A stretch of DNA of 64,000 nucleotides from an uncultured bacterium (GCA_963840885.1 CAWJAN010000005.1:12887-76886); one strand, 5' to 3'. Shown: positions 47,934 to 58,006, counted from the stretch's first letter. The notes: a model not told the origin generated them from the letters alone. Made by a program: numbers and translations.

Positions 47934-48104
47934 TTAGGAGAAAAATTCCTTTGTTTTCTTATAGCAATCGAATTCTATCCTTTCGTATTCTAGCTTAATC
48001 CTCCTGGCTTTCCTACTTACTTCGGTAACCTCCTTCAGGGTTTTTGCTTTCTCAAGCTTTTTCTTCAAACCCCTCAAGCTATTCGTCTGTTTATGTTCCG
48101 TCAA
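47934..48104 (-). CDS. Small basic orphan protein, 56 aa, TTG start (not in the ORF track)
   Basis: MTEHKQTNSLRGLKKKLEKAKTLKEVTEVSRKARRIKLEYERIEFDCYKKTKEFFS; GGAG SD; TTGACA at 48169-48174 on the minus strand. Confidence 0.55.
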   Translation of the reverse strand: MTEHKQTNSLRGLKKKLEKAKTLKEVTEVSRKARRIKLEYERIEFDCYKKTKEFFS

Positions 48105-48267
48105 ATTTCTCTCCGATTTCCTGTCAAAATGTTCGTCTTATATGAAGTTATCATTTTACATAATGAATTGTCAATGAAATTTAAAATAAATCCCCGCACT
48201 TGATTTCAGGTGGGGAATAAAAAAGCCCGCAACTTTTTGGGAAGCGGGCTTGGAATCGGGAAATTTA

Positions 48268-48474
48268 TTATATTCCCATCCTTTTGGTGACATATTCGAT
48301 ATGCCGCCGTTGATTGGCGAGATCATCGACGATGAAATAAAATTTTTCCATCGCTTTGGCCTCGTCCTCGATAGCTTTGAGTTCTTCTTCGGTCTTAGCA
48401 TCGAATATACGATGCCGGAACTCCAGAACCTTCGGCTCTTGCACGGCAAACGGATCTTTTTTTTCTCCGTCCAT
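48268..48474 (-). CDS. Small orphan protein, 68 aa, probable paralog of 47934-48104
   Basis: AGGAGG SD (48482-48487), TTGACT (48536-48541), hairpins at 48190-48251. Confidence 0.65.
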   Translation of the reverse strand: MDGEKKDPFAVQEPKVLEFRHRIFDAKTEEELKAIEDEAKAMEKFYFIVDDLANQRRHIEYVTKRMGI

Positions 48475-48555
48475 GATAATGCCTCCTGATTGGAACTGTA
48501 AACTTCTTAAATAGAATATCATAATTTAATACTTAAGTCAATACAAGACGGCCAT

Positions 48556-48738
48556 AAAAAAATCCGCCTCCTTATAAATAAGGCTGGCGGCATTTGATCT
48601 GTCCGGGGTTTTCTATTCATCCCTGGACTCTCTTGCCCAGGGTGTTTAATTCATCCCAGGGCGCACTTAACATTTCCCGGGGTCATTATATCTGTCCCAA
48701 TGGGTACGAGAGAAGTGATACTCTCTTTCTCCTTTCTG
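48556..48738 (-). ncRNA. Candidate repeat-hairpin small RNA
   Basis: TTGACA (48767-48772), N17, TGc-TATCAT (48744-48749); six CCCnGGG-type units; terminator ccgcc...ggcgg + T7; no ORF of meaningful length. Confidence 0.5.
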
Positions 48739-48819
48739 CTATAATGATAGCATGATTGATATATATTGTCAAGCATAAAACTTGATTTTCTGTATATTGA
48801 TGGTAAAATGGCTATAAAT

Positions 48820-49416
48820 ATGCACAAAAAAGACCCTAATAATGACGATATCGTATACGAGGAAAGCGAAAAAAAGGCCAAAAAACACGTCTCCGATGAT
48901 GTAGTTATGGACGATGAAAATGAAGCTCCTGAAGCTCTGGCCAAGAAGCTTAAAGAGAAAATCAAGATTCTTGAAAAAGAAAAACAGGAATATATGGACG
49001 GCTGGCAGAGAGAACGCGCCGATTTCATAAACTATAAGAAAAGAATAGAGGGTGAGAAAGCTGAGATAGTGAAATATGCCACAGAAAATCTTATTGCCGA
49101 CCTTATTCCTGTTTTCGACAGTTTTGAAATGGCATTTGCCAATAAAGAAGCCTGGGAAAAAGTTGATAAAAACTGGAGAACGGGAGTCGAATACATCCAT
49201 TCGCAGCTCGTCAAAGCTCTTGCCGATAACGGCTTCAAAGAAATCAATCCTATCGGCGAAAGATTTGATCCGAAATATCATGTAGCTGTAGAACATAAGG
49301 AAATTGAGGATAAGGAAAATGACGGGATAATAGTTCATGTTAAGAAAAAAGGTTATATGCTTAATGACAAAATAGTGATTGCCCCGCAGGTCGTTGTTGC
49401 CGAGTATAAAAAATAA
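48820..49416 (+). CDS. grpE: Nucleotide exchange factor GrpE
   Basis: WQRERADFINYKKR, LIPVFD.FE.A, FDP..H.A, KGY.L...VI..P.V.V. Confidence 0.95.
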   Translation: MHKKDPNNDDIVYEESEKKAKKHVSDDVVMDDENEAPEALAKKLKEKIKILEKEKQEYMDGWQRERADFINYKKRIEGEKAEIVKYATENLIADLIPVFDSFEMAFANKEAWEKVDKNWRTGVEYIHSQLVKALADNGFKEINPIGERFDPKYHVAVEHKEIEDKENDGIIVHVKKKGYMLNDKIVIAPQVVVAEYKK

Positions 49417-49431
49417 ACTATAATTAAAAAT

Positions 49432-49731
49432 ATGTTAGCCGTACAAAAACAGCATGGATATGCAAGAAAGATGGTCACATTGCCTAACGGGGCAAAGGCC
49501 TTTGTTGTTTTTGAACTTACCGAAATAAACGGCAAGATCACGGCTAAAGCTGTCTTTATAAAAGTTCTGGAACAGGCGGTGGAGAAAAATCCGGTGATGT
49601 TCATTTCCGGCGGAGCAGAGAAAAAAACTGTCAAACCCATAGTCAGCCCATTTTTTGCAGAAGTCGAAAATATTTTCAAGAATTTTTCATTCACAGTATC
49701 ACAACCCACAAGAGCTCCTGATTTTGAATAA
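49432..49731 (+). CDS. Hypothetical protein between grpE and dnaK; candidate arrest/leader peptide
   Basis: Clean 99-aa ORF in operon position; N-terminal beta-strand pattern; C-terminal SQPTRAPDFE. Confidence 0.7.
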   Translation: MLAVQKQHGYARKMVTLPNGAKAFVVFELTEINGKITAKAVFIKVLEQAVEKNPVMFISGGAEKKTVKPIVSPFFAEVENIFKNFSFTVSQPTRAPDFE

Positions 49732-49813
49732 AAGGGAAATCGAGCCTTAAGCTTGATTCGTTTAAAAGTATTAGAAGTACTGATTTTTTAATTTAACTCA
49801 ATAAAATAAATAT

Positions 49814-51700
49814 ATGTCAAAAATAATAGGAATAGACTTGGGAACGACCTTTTCGGCAATGGCAGTAATGGAAGGAAATGCGCCAAAAATCATCGAAAAT
49901 GCCGAGGGAGCAAGGACCACGCCGTCCATTGTCGCAACTACAAAAACAGGCGAAAAGCTTGTCGGGCTTCTCGCAAGAAGGCAGGCTGTCACCAATCCGA
50001 AAAATACCATCTTCCAGATAAAAAGATTCATGGGACACCGGTTCGAAGATGCAGGAGTGCAGGCAGACAAAGCATCCGTTTCATTCGACATCCTGAAATC
50101 CGCAACTGGCGGAGTGGAAGTTGCAATGGCAGGCAAGAACTACAGGCCGGAAGAAATTTCCGCGATGATCCTGCAAAAGCTGAAAACTGATGCTGAAGCG
50201 AGGCTTGGAGAAAAAATCACTGATGCGGTCATCACAGTACCGGCGTATTTCAACGACTCGCAAAGGCAAGCTACCAAAGACGCCGGGCAGATCGCCGGGC
50301 TAAATGTCCTTAGGATAATAAACGAGCCTACCGCGGCAGCTCTTGCATACGGCCTCAATAAAAATAAGAACGAAAAAATTGCTGTGTACGATTTTGGAGG
50401 CGGAACATTCGATGTTTCTATCCTTGAAATCGGCGACTCTGTTGTGGAAGTCCGCTCGACAGACGGGGACTCGCATCTAGGAGGACGCGATATAGACAAG
50501 AAAATAGTTGATTGGCTGGCTGAACAGTTCCAGAAAGAAAACGGCATAGACTTGAGAAAAGACGCTCTTTCTTTGCAAAGGATTGATGAAGCGGCGGAAA
50601 AAGCGAAAATCGAACTTTCTACCGCGCTTGAAACTGAAATAAATATTCCGTTCGTCACGTCTGATGCAACTGGACCTAAGCACTTGCTCGTAAAAATGTC
50701 CCGCGCAACTTTAGAAAACCTTACCAAAGACCTGATAGACCGCTCTATTGAAATCGCCAAGAAAGCACTTGCCGCATCGCCGTTTAAAGTCGCAGATATA
50801 AATGAAGTCATAATGGTAGGCGGACAAACAAGGATGCCTGCCATCATAAAGGCTGTGAAAGATATTTTCGGCAAAGAGCCAAATCTTTCTGTAAACCCTG
50901 ATGAAGTCGTGGCTATGGGAGCCGCAGTCCAAGGCGGAATTTTGAGAGGAGACGTCAAAGACGTTTTGCTTCTTGATGTCATACCGCTATCGCTCGGCAT
51001 TGAAACAATGGGCGGAGTGGCTACGCATTTGGTTGAAAAAAATACGACAATTCCCACATCCAGAAGCCAAGTATTCTCAACCGCCGCCGACAATCAGACT
51101 TCCGTTGAAATACATATAGTCCAAGGAGAACGGCCGATGGCAAGCGACAATAAATCACTCGGAAGATTTATCTTAGATGGCATTCCGCCTGCGCCGCGCG
51201 GAATGCCGCAGGTGGAAGTCTCATTTGATGTAGATGCAAACGGGATCCTCAATGTAAAAGCAAAAGACAAGGCGTCAGGAAAAGAACAGTCTATCAGGAT
51301 TGAAGCTTCTTCGGGCCTGAAAAAAGAAGATATTGAAAAGATGAAAAAAGAAGCGGAAATGAACGCTGCGGAAGATGCGAAAAAGAAAGATTCAGTTGAA
51401 TCAAAAAATATCGCAGAGCAGATGATTTATACCGCGGAAAAAGCTATCAAAGATAATGGCGCAAAGATTCCAGCGGACGTCGTAAAAGGTGTCGAAGACA
51501 AGGTTGCCGATTTGAAAACGGTAAAAGATGGCGCTGATGTCGCGGCAATAAAAACAAAAACCGAGGCTCTTTCGGCAGAGATGCAGAAAATCGGTGAAGC
51601 GATGGCGAAAGCCCAGCAATCCGCTCCTGGACAAACCGGCGGGGATGAAAAGAAAGATGATAATGTTAAAGATGCGGATTACAAGGAAACCGGAAAATAA
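49814..51700 (+). CDS. dnaK: Chaperone DnaK
   Basis: [38 protein letters not shown]-like [15 protein letters not shown]. Confidence 0.99.
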   Translation: MSKIIGIDLGTTFSAMAVMEGNAPKIIENAEGARTTPSIVATTKTGEKLVGLLARRQAVTNPKNTIFQIKRFMGHRFEDAGVQADKASVSFDILKSATGGVEVAMAGKNYRPEEISAMILQKLKTDAEARLGEKITDAVITVPAYFNDSQRQATKDAGQIAGLNVLRIINEPTAAALAYGLNKNKNEKIAVYDFGGGTFDVSILEIGDSVVEVRSTDGDSHLGGRDIDKKIVDWLAEQFQKENGIDLRKDALSLQRIDEAAEKAKIELSTALETEINIPFVTSDATGPKHLLVKMSRATLENLTKDLIDRSIEIAKKALAASPFKVADINEVIMVGGQTRMPAIIKAVKDIFGKEPNLSVNPDEVVAMGAAVQGGILRGDVKDVLLLDVIPLSLGIETMGGVATHLVEKNTTIPTSRSQVFSTAADNQTSVEIHIVQGERPMASDNKSLGRFILDGIPPAPRGMPQVEVSFDVDANGILNVKAKDKASGKEQSIRIEASSGLKKEDIEKMKKEAEMNAAEDAKKKDSVESKNIAEQMIYTAEKAIKDNGAKIPADVVKGVEDKVADLKTVKDGADVAAIKTKTEALSAEMQKIGEAMAKAQQSAPGQTGGDEKKDDNVKDADYKETGK

Positions 51701-51743
51701 TATCGCTAAATAGCTAACAGCTCCTCTGCTGACCAAAAATCTC

Positions 51744-52238
51744 ATGAACAATAAAATTAAAATCTTAACTACTGGTGGCACTATTGATTGCATAAGTATT
51801 GATCAATTAACAAATGTGTATACATTTGTTAATTCGCATATTCCAAAAATGTTAGAACATGCAAGATTGAATGATATTGTTGTTGATGAAATTATGATGA
51901 AGGATTCGCTCTTAATGAATGATATTGATAGAGAAAAAATTTCAAATAAATGTCAATCGTGTAGCGAGGATAAAATTGTTATAACTCACGGTACAGATAC
52001 AATGCCCGAAACTGCTAAATATTTAGGTGAACGTATCAAAGATAAAACAATTGTTCTTCTCGGGGCCATGATTCCTTACAACCAGAAAGATTCAGACGCA
52101 ATGTTTAATTTTGGTGCTGCAATTGCAAATGTTCAATTATTACCAAAAGGAGTCTATGTTTCTATGAATGGGAAGGTCTTCAATTGGGATAATGTCAAAA
52201 AGAATAAAGAACTTGGAATATTCGAAAAATTAAATTAA
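51744..52238 (+). CDS. Short asparaginase-domain protein
   Basis: [28 protein letters not shown]; visibly AT-richer than neighbours. Confidence 0.88.
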   Translation: MNNKIKILTTGGTIDCISIDQLTNVYTFVNSHIPKMLEHARLNDIVVDEIMMKDSLLMNDIDREKISNKCQSCSEDKIVITHGTDTMPETAKYLGERIKDKTIVLLGAMIPYNQKDSDAMFNFGAAIANVQLLPKGVYVSMNGKVFNWDNVKKNKELGIFEKLN

Positions 52239-52240
52239 TC

Positions 52241-53335
52241 ATGACATCCAAAGACTACTACAAAATCCTCGGAGTCGATAAATCGGCTTCACATGAGGAC
52301 ATAAAAAAAGCTTTCCGAAAGCTTGCTCACGAGCATCACCCGGACAAAGGCGGAAACGCCGAGAAGTTCAAGGAGGCAAGTGAGGCGTATTCGGTATTGT
52401 CGGATGATTCAAAACGCGCGCAATACGATCAGTTTGGAAGCGCAGGTCCTGCCGGTAGCTCAGGATTTGGCGGCGGAGCTGGAGGATTCAATCCGCAGGA
52501 TTTCGGATTTGATTTTTCCGGCTTCCAGGGAGGAAACGGGCAGAATTTCGAATTCGACCTTGGCGACATATTCGGCGAATTTTTTGGCGGAGGAGGCGGG
52601 AGAAGCGCTCAAAGAAAAGGCAAAGACATATCCATAGATATGGAAATTCCTTTTTCCGAATCTGTTTTCGGAGCTGAAAAGAAAATAAAGCTTACGAAAA
52701 CTTCAAAATGCAATGAATGCGGAGGCACAGGAGGAAAACCGGGCACGGCAATGGAAACCTGCAGAACATGCTCCGGCAAAGGAAAAATTCGTGAGATGAA
52801 AAGATCTATATTCGGAACATTCGCTACCGAGCATATATGCAATGAATGCGGCGGCACGGGAAAAATTCCGAAAGAAAAATGTAATGTGTGCCATGGCGCA
52901 GGAATTCTAAGAAGGGAAGAGGAATTCAATGTAAATATTCCAGCCGATATAAACGATGGAGAAACCATACGCCTTGCCGGCGCAGGCGAAGCCATAAAAG
53001 AGGGTAAATCCGGAGACCTATATATACGCCTGCACGTGAGGCAAGATAAATTTTTCCACAAGGAAGGCAAGGATTTGGTGACGGAACTTAATATAAAACT
53101 GACGGATGCGATACTTGGCGCAAAATATGTCATAAAAACGCTTGATGGAGACATAGAGCTGAAAGTTCCGGAAGGCGCCGAATTCGGCCAAATATTGCGG
53201 ATAAAAGGCAAAGGAGTACCAATAACTCCGGCAAAAAGAGGCGACTTGCTTGTAAAACTCAATATAAAAATGCCTAGCCGACTTTCGCGAAAAGCCAAAG
53301 AGGATTTTGAGGATTTGAAGAAGGAGGGAATATAA
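52241..53335 (+). CDS. dnaJ: Chaperone DnaJ
   Basis: J-domain HPD, G/F region, four CxxCxGxG repeats. Confidence 0.98.
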   Translation: MTSKDYYKILGVDKSASHEDIKKAFRKLAHEHHPDKGGNAEKFKEASEAYSVLSDDSKRAQYDQFGSAGPAGSSGFGGGAGGFNPQDFGFDFSGFQGGNGQNFEFDLGDIFGEFFGGGGGRSAQRKGKDISIDMEIPFSESVFGAEKKIKLTKTSKCNECGGTGGKPGTAMETCRTCSGKGKIREMKRSIFGTFATEHICNECGGTGKIPKEKCNVCHGAGILRREEEFNVNIPADINDGETIRLAGAGEAIKEGKSGDLYIRLHVRQDKFFHKEGKDLVTELNIKLTDAILGAKYVIKTLDGDIELKVPEGAEFGQILRIKGKGVPITPAKRGDLLVKLNIKMPSRLSRKAKEDFEDLKKEGI

Positions 53336-53343
53336 AAAATATA

Positions 53344-53383
53344 AATAAAGACGGATTTCACAAAGTGAAATCCGTCTTTATTT
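53344..53383 (+). terminator. Long hairpin terminator
   Basis: aataaagacggatttcac-aaa-gtgaaatccgtctttatt. Confidence 0.8.
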
Positions 53384-53393
53384 TTGTGTTATA

Positions 53394-55184
53394 ATGACAA
53401 AAAATATGCATAAATCGGAGAGTAATGCCAAAATCGGCCAGATTTTTAAGGAATTCTGGAAAGGAGTAAGGCCAAATAAATCTTTATTCTGGTTTTCTTT
53501 TGTCATGTTCTTTTTTTCTCAGTTTGTAAGCATTTTTGTGCCTCTTTACTATAAACAGTTTTTTGATGTTCTAGGAAGCCAGGCGGACAGATATTCGCTT
53601 TATTCTCAATTGGTAAACGTAATCCTAATAATCCTGGGTATCCATCTTTTAAATTGGATATTTTGGCGCACAGGCATGCTTTCCTACAATGTAATGCAAT
53701 CGAAAACCATTGCAAGGCTTAAGCAATATTCTTTTGAGAATACGATTCAGCATGCGCACAGTTTTTTTGCGAACAATTTCACCGGAAGCCTGGTGCAGAA
53801 AATAAACAGGTTTAGCCGATCATTTGAAGCGCTCTGCGACGTAACGGCTTTCAACATAATGCCGGTGATCATAAACATCGTTGGTTCCATTATTGTCACG
53901 TGGATTGTGGCTCCAGTGATATCAATAATAATCATGATATGGGTGGTACTCTTCGTGACTTTCAATCTGTTTTTTTCAAAATGGAGAATGAAGTTCAACC
54001 TTGCCGTGTCCGATGCCGACTCAAAAACTTCCGGATATCTTGCGGACGCAATGACAAACAACAATGCAGTATCTTTTTTCACCGGATTTTCATACGAAAA
54101 AAAGGGATTCCAGGATGTTTCAAACGACCAGGCGCAAAAAATGAGAAAATCCTGGCTTATGAGTGAAATAAACGATGCTACCTACGCATTCTTCATCATA
54201 TTCGTGGAATTTTTCGTCTTCTACTTCGTAATAAAATATTGGGAAAGAGGGCTCGCTACTATCGGTGTGTTCGTGCTTGCACAGACATACATCATCGGCC
54301 TTGCACAGCAGCTATGGGGGCTTTCCAGCGTCATAAGAAGGATTAACGAGAGCATTGCCGATTCAAAAGAGATGATAGACATACTCAACACACCTTTTGA
54401 AGTTCAGGATGTTCCGAATGCAAGAAATCTTACAATCCAAAAAGGTGAAATCGTTTTCAAAGATGTGTATTTCAATTTCAACGAAACTCGCGAGGTTCTT
54501 TCCGGAATAAATCTTTCCATTAAGCCCGGAGAAAAAATAGCTTTCATCGGCCCGTCAGGTGCCGGAAAAACCACTCTGGTAAGGCTCATCATGAGAGTCT
54601 ACGATCTGACCGCCGGTTCAATCTTAATCGATAATCAGAATATTAGTTCGGTTTCCCAGGAAAGTTTGCGCGAAAATATAAGTTTTGTTCCCCAAGATCC
54701 GGTGCTTTTTCACAGAACCTTAATGGACAATATAAGATACGGAAAAAGAGACGCTACCGATAAAGAAGTCATGGAAGCGGCGCGTCTTGCGCACTGTGAT
54801 GAATTTATAGATGTTTTGCCTTTGAAATACGATACATTTGTGGGAGAACGCGGAATAAAACTTTCCGGCGGAGAACGCCAAAGAGTCGCGATTGCAAGAG
54901 CCATATTGAAGAAAGCGTCGATACTTATACTCGACGAGGCGACATCGAGCTTGGATTCCCATTCCGAAGCTCTCATACAGGACGCGCTCGATAACTTAAT
55001 GCACAATTGCACTACAATCGTAATTGCACACCGCCTTTCCACCATCAGAAAAATGGACAGGATAATTTCCATACAGGGAGGAAAAATTGTTGAAGAGGGT
55101 ACTCACGCCGAGCTTGTTAAAAAGAAAAGCGGGCTTTATAAAAAATTATGGGATCTTCAGGTCAGCGGATTTATCAACGAATAA
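53394..55184 (+). CDS. ABC exporter, fused permease/ATPase
   Basis: Six-TM domain, GPSGAGKTT, LSGGERQR, LDEATSSLD, AHRLST. Confidence 0.95.
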   Translation: MTKNMHKSESNAKIGQIFKEFWKGVRPNKSLFWFSFVMFFFSQFVSIFVPLYYKQFFDVLGSQADRYSLYSQLVNVILIILGIHLLNWIFWRTGMLSYNVMQSKTIARLKQYSFENTIQHAHSFFANNFTGSLVQKINRFSRSFEALCDVTAFNIMPVIINIVGSIIVTWIVAPVISIIIMIWVVLFVTFNLFFSKWRMKFNLAVSDADSKTSGYLADAMTNNNAVSFFTGFSYEKKGFQDVSNDQAQKMRKSWLMSEINDATYAFFIIFVEFFVFYFVIKYWERGLATIGVFVLAQTYIIGLAQQLWGLSSVIRRINESIADSKEMIDILNTPFEVQDVPNARNLTIQKGEIVFKDVYFNFNETREVLSGINLSIKPGEKIAFIGPSGAGKTTLVRLIMRVYDLTAGSILIDNQNISSVSQESLRENISFVPQDPVLFHRTLMDNIRYGKRDATDKEVMEAARLAHCDEFIDVLPLKYDTFVGERGIKLSGGERQRVAIARAILKKASILILDEATSSLDSHSEALIQDALDNLMHNCTTIVIAHRLSTIRKMDRIISIQGGKIVEEGTHAELVKKKSGLYKKLWDLQVSGFINE

Positions 55185-55225
55185 AATCCCTTTAATTATC
55201 GGCCATAATTTGCTAATATTGTTGT

Positions 55226-56215
55226 ATGTCTAAAGAATCTGGCAGAAAAATACTCCTTTCCGGCGTAAAGCCGACGGGAACCGTGCATATAGGCAACTAT
55301 TTCGGCGCAATGAAGCAGTTCGTGGACCTGCAGAATGAATACGACTGCTATATCTTCATAGCCGATTATCATGCGATGACCACCGTCCAAAACAGAGACG
55401 AACTTTCCAAGGGAATCATCGACGTTGCATTGGATTACCTGGCTATCGGCCTTGATCCAAAAAAAATCGTGCTTTTCAAACAGTCCGATGTTCCGCAGGT
55501 CGCCGAGCTGACCTGGATCTTTAATTGCCTTACAACGGTTCCGTATCTGGAAAGAGCTCATGCATATAAAGACGCTGAGGCTAAAAACAAAGAAGTAAGT
55601 GCCGGCCTTTTCGATTATCCTATTCTCATGGCTTCCGATATTTTGATTCAGGATGCTGACGTCGTTCCTGTCGGCCAGGACCAAAAACAGCATATTGAAT
55701 ATGCGCGCGACACAGCGCAAAAATTCAACCGCGTTTATGGCGAGACTTTCAAATTGCCAGAGCCTCTCATACTTTCTCATGTAGAAACAGTTCCGGGAAC
55801 GGACGGCAGAAAAATGAGCAAGAGCTACGATAATGTCATCCCGCTTTTTGCCACAGATGATGAAATAAAAAAAGCGGTTATGAAAATCCCGACGGATTCC
55901 AAAGGCGTGAATGAGCCGAAAAACACGGATGAATCTATTCTTTTCGGCGTTCACAAGCTTTTCCTCGATGAAGATGGAATAAAAAACTTGAAAGAAAAAT
56001 ACGAAAAAAATGGAATAGGATATAAGGAAGCGAAAGAACTTCTCATAAATGATATGTCGGCATTTATAAAGCCTCTCAGGGAAAAAAGGGAAATGCTCAA
56101 AAAAGACATAGAAGCGGTTTTGGACATCCTGAAAGAAGGCGGGAAGCGCGCATCAATGAGAGCCGATAAGAAAATGGCTGAAGTCAGGGAGAAAGTAGGA
56201 TTAGAAATATATTAA
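55226..56215 (+). CDS. trpS: Tryptophan--tRNA ligase
   Basis: SGVKPTG..HIGNY, YP.LMA.DI, VPVG.DQ.QH, KMSKS. Confidence 0.97.
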   Translation: MSKESGRKILLSGVKPTGTVHIGNYFGAMKQFVDLQNEYDCYIFIADYHAMTTVQNRDELSKGIIDVALDYLAIGLDPKKIVLFKQSDVPQVAELTWIFNCLTTVPYLERAHAYKDAEAKNKEVSAGLFDYPILMASDILIQDADVVPVGQDQKQHIEYARDTAQKFNRVYGETFKLPEPLILSHVETVPGTDGRKMSKSYDNVIPLFATDDEIKKAVMKIPTDSKGVNEPKNTDESILFGVHKLFLDEDGIKNLKEKYEKNGIGYKEAKELLINDMSAFIKPLREKREMLKKDIEAVLDILKEGGKRASMRADKKMAEVREKVGLEIY

Positions 56216-56222
56216 ATAATTT

Positions 56223-57620
56223 ATGCAAAGAACATACATTGGAGAACTCGGCAAAAAGACCGGAGAAGAAGTGAAAATCTGCGGCTGGGTAGATATAAGG
56301 CGCGATCACGGCAAGCTTATTTTTATAGATGCGCGCGATATGTCGGGAAAAGTCCAGATGGTGGCTTTGCCTAATCATAAAGAAGCGCACGAACTGGCCA
56401 ATAAAGTCAGGCCGGAATGGGTGATTGAAGTCACGGGAAAAGTAAATGCCAGGCCGGAAAAAATGATAAACAAGGACGAACCAAACGGCTCGGTTGAAAT
56501 TGAAATACTTTCCATGAATGTTCTGAACGAAGCCATTACTCCTGCGATAGATGTCCGCGGAGACGGAATGGATATAGGAGAAGATGCAAGGCTTAAATAC
56601 AGGTATCTTGATTTGAGAAGGCCGAGAATGCAGAAAAATATCCGAAACAGGTTCAAATTCGTCCAATCCGTCAGGAACTTTTTCGAAAAGAACGGATTTA
56701 CAGAAATAGAAACTCCGTCAATGACGGCTTCCACTCCTGAAGGCTCGAGGGATTTTATAATTCCATCGCGTCTTGAGCCGGGAAAATTTTACGCTCTTCC
56801 TCAATCGCCTCAGCAATACAAGCAGCTACTCATGGCTTCCGGCTTTGAAAAATATTTCCAATTCGCAAGATGCTACAGGGATGAAGACTCGCGAGGAGAC
56901 AGGCAGCCGGAATTCACGCAGATGGATCTTGAAATGAGCTTTGCTACAGAAGAAGAAGTGATGAATGTGAACGAAAAAGCCCTGATAGAAGCCGTTCAAA
57001 AACTTTATCCTCACAAAAAAATACAAGAAATTCCTTTTCCAAGGATTACCTACAAAGAAGCTATGGAAAAATACGGTTCGGACAAACCAGATATAAGAAA
57101 AGACAAAAATGACAATGAGCTCTTGGCTTTCGCATGGGTGGTTGATTTCCCGATGTTTGAAAAAGGAGATGATGGCAAATGGACGTTCACCCACAATCCT
57201 TTTTCAGGAACAAAACCGGAATCATTCAATGACCTGATGAATAAAGAAAATATAGAAAATATAATGGCGGCCCAATATGATATTACGCTAAACGGCAATG
57301 AAATCGGCGGCGGAAGCATCAGAAACCATAAGCCGGAAGCTCTTAAAAAAGTCTTTGAAATCATGGGATACGATAATGAAAGGATAGAAAAAAACTTCGG
57401 CCATATGCTTAAAGCTTTTGAGTCCGGCACGCCTCCGCATGGCGGAATAGCTTGGGGGCTCGACAGGCTTATGATGATTCTAGAAAACGAACCCAACATA
57501 AGAGAGGTTATAGCGTTTGCAAAAACAGGCGAAGGAAAAGATTTGATGGTGGATGCTCCATCTGAAGTTTCATCCGCACAGCTCAAAGAGCTTAGCATCG
57601 AAATCAAGAAGAAAAAATAA
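56223..57620 (+). CDS. aspS: Aspartate--tRNA ligase (short form lacking the GAD insertion)
   Basis: RDHG.LIF.D, RYLDLRR, LPQSPQQYKQ, RQPEFTQ.D.E, PPHGG.A.G.DR. Confidence 0.95.
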   Translation: MQRTYIGELGKKTGEEVKICGWVDIRRDHGKLIFIDARDMSGKVQMVALPNHKEAHELANKVRPEWVIEVTGKVNARPEKMINKDEPNGSVEIEILSMNVLNEAITPAIDVRGDGMDIGEDARLKYRYLDLRRPRMQKNIRNRFKFVQSVRNFFEKNGFTEIETPSMTASTPEGSRDFIIPSRLEPGKFYALPQSPQQYKQLLMASGFEKYFQFARCYRDEDSRGDRQPEFTQMDLEMSFATEEEVMNVNEKALIEAVQKLYPHKKIQEIPFPRITYKEAMEKYGSDKPDIRKDKNDNELLAFAWVVDFPMFEKGDDGKWTFTHNPFSGTKPESFNDLMNKENIENIMAAQYDITLNGNEIGGGSIRNHKPEALKKVFEIMGYDNERIEKNFGHMLKAFESGTPPHGGIAWGLDRLMMILENEPNIREVIAFAKTGEGKDLMVDAPSEVSSAQLKELSIEIKKKK

Positions 57621-58006
57621 TGCAGGATTGTATTTTTTGTAAAATCATAGAAGGAAAAATTCCAAGTGCAAAAGTCTGGGAAGATGAAAAATATTTCGCC
57701 TTTCTCGACTCAAACCCGCTTAATCCCGGACATACTCTTCTTATGCCCAAAAAGCATGATGATTATGTTTTCGACTTGCCGGACGACGAATATACTGAGC
57801 TCATGCTAAAAGCCAAAACGCTGGCAAAAAAATTGAAAGAAAAAATCGGATCGAAAAAAATCGGGCTTATCGTTGAAGGATTCGGCGTTCCGCACGTACA
57901 CATTCACCTGGTGCCTATAAATCATGGCCATGAGCTGGATTCTTCACGTGCCAAGCCGGCAACTAAAGAAGAGCTCGATGAAGTATTGAAAATCATAAAC
58001 AGCTGA
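57620..58006 (+). CDS. HIT family protein
   Basis: CIFCKI, GHTL..PK.H, HVHIH. Confidence 0.93.
   Translation: MQDCIFCKIIEGKIPSAKVWEDEKYFAFLDSNPLNPGHTLLMPKKHDDYVFDLPDDEYTELMLKAKTLAKKLKEKIGSKKIGLIVEGFGVPHVHIHLVPINHGHELDSSRAKPATKEELDEVLKIINS

Noticed and set aside
48596-48704. CRISPR array interpretation of the CCCnGGG repeats
   Set aside because: Units are short and degenerate with only ~15-21 nt periodicity, and no cas genes are present; kept as an sRNA candidate instead.
48651-49813. CIRCE/HrcA operator for grpE-dnaK
   Set aside because: No TTAGCACTC-N9-GAGTGCTAA match is visible.
50140-51093. 317-aa antisense ORF in dnaK, and similar long antisense ORFs in the DEAD helicase, dnaJ and trpS
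   Set aside because: Shadow ORFs arising from codon bias of highly conserved genes on the opposite strand.
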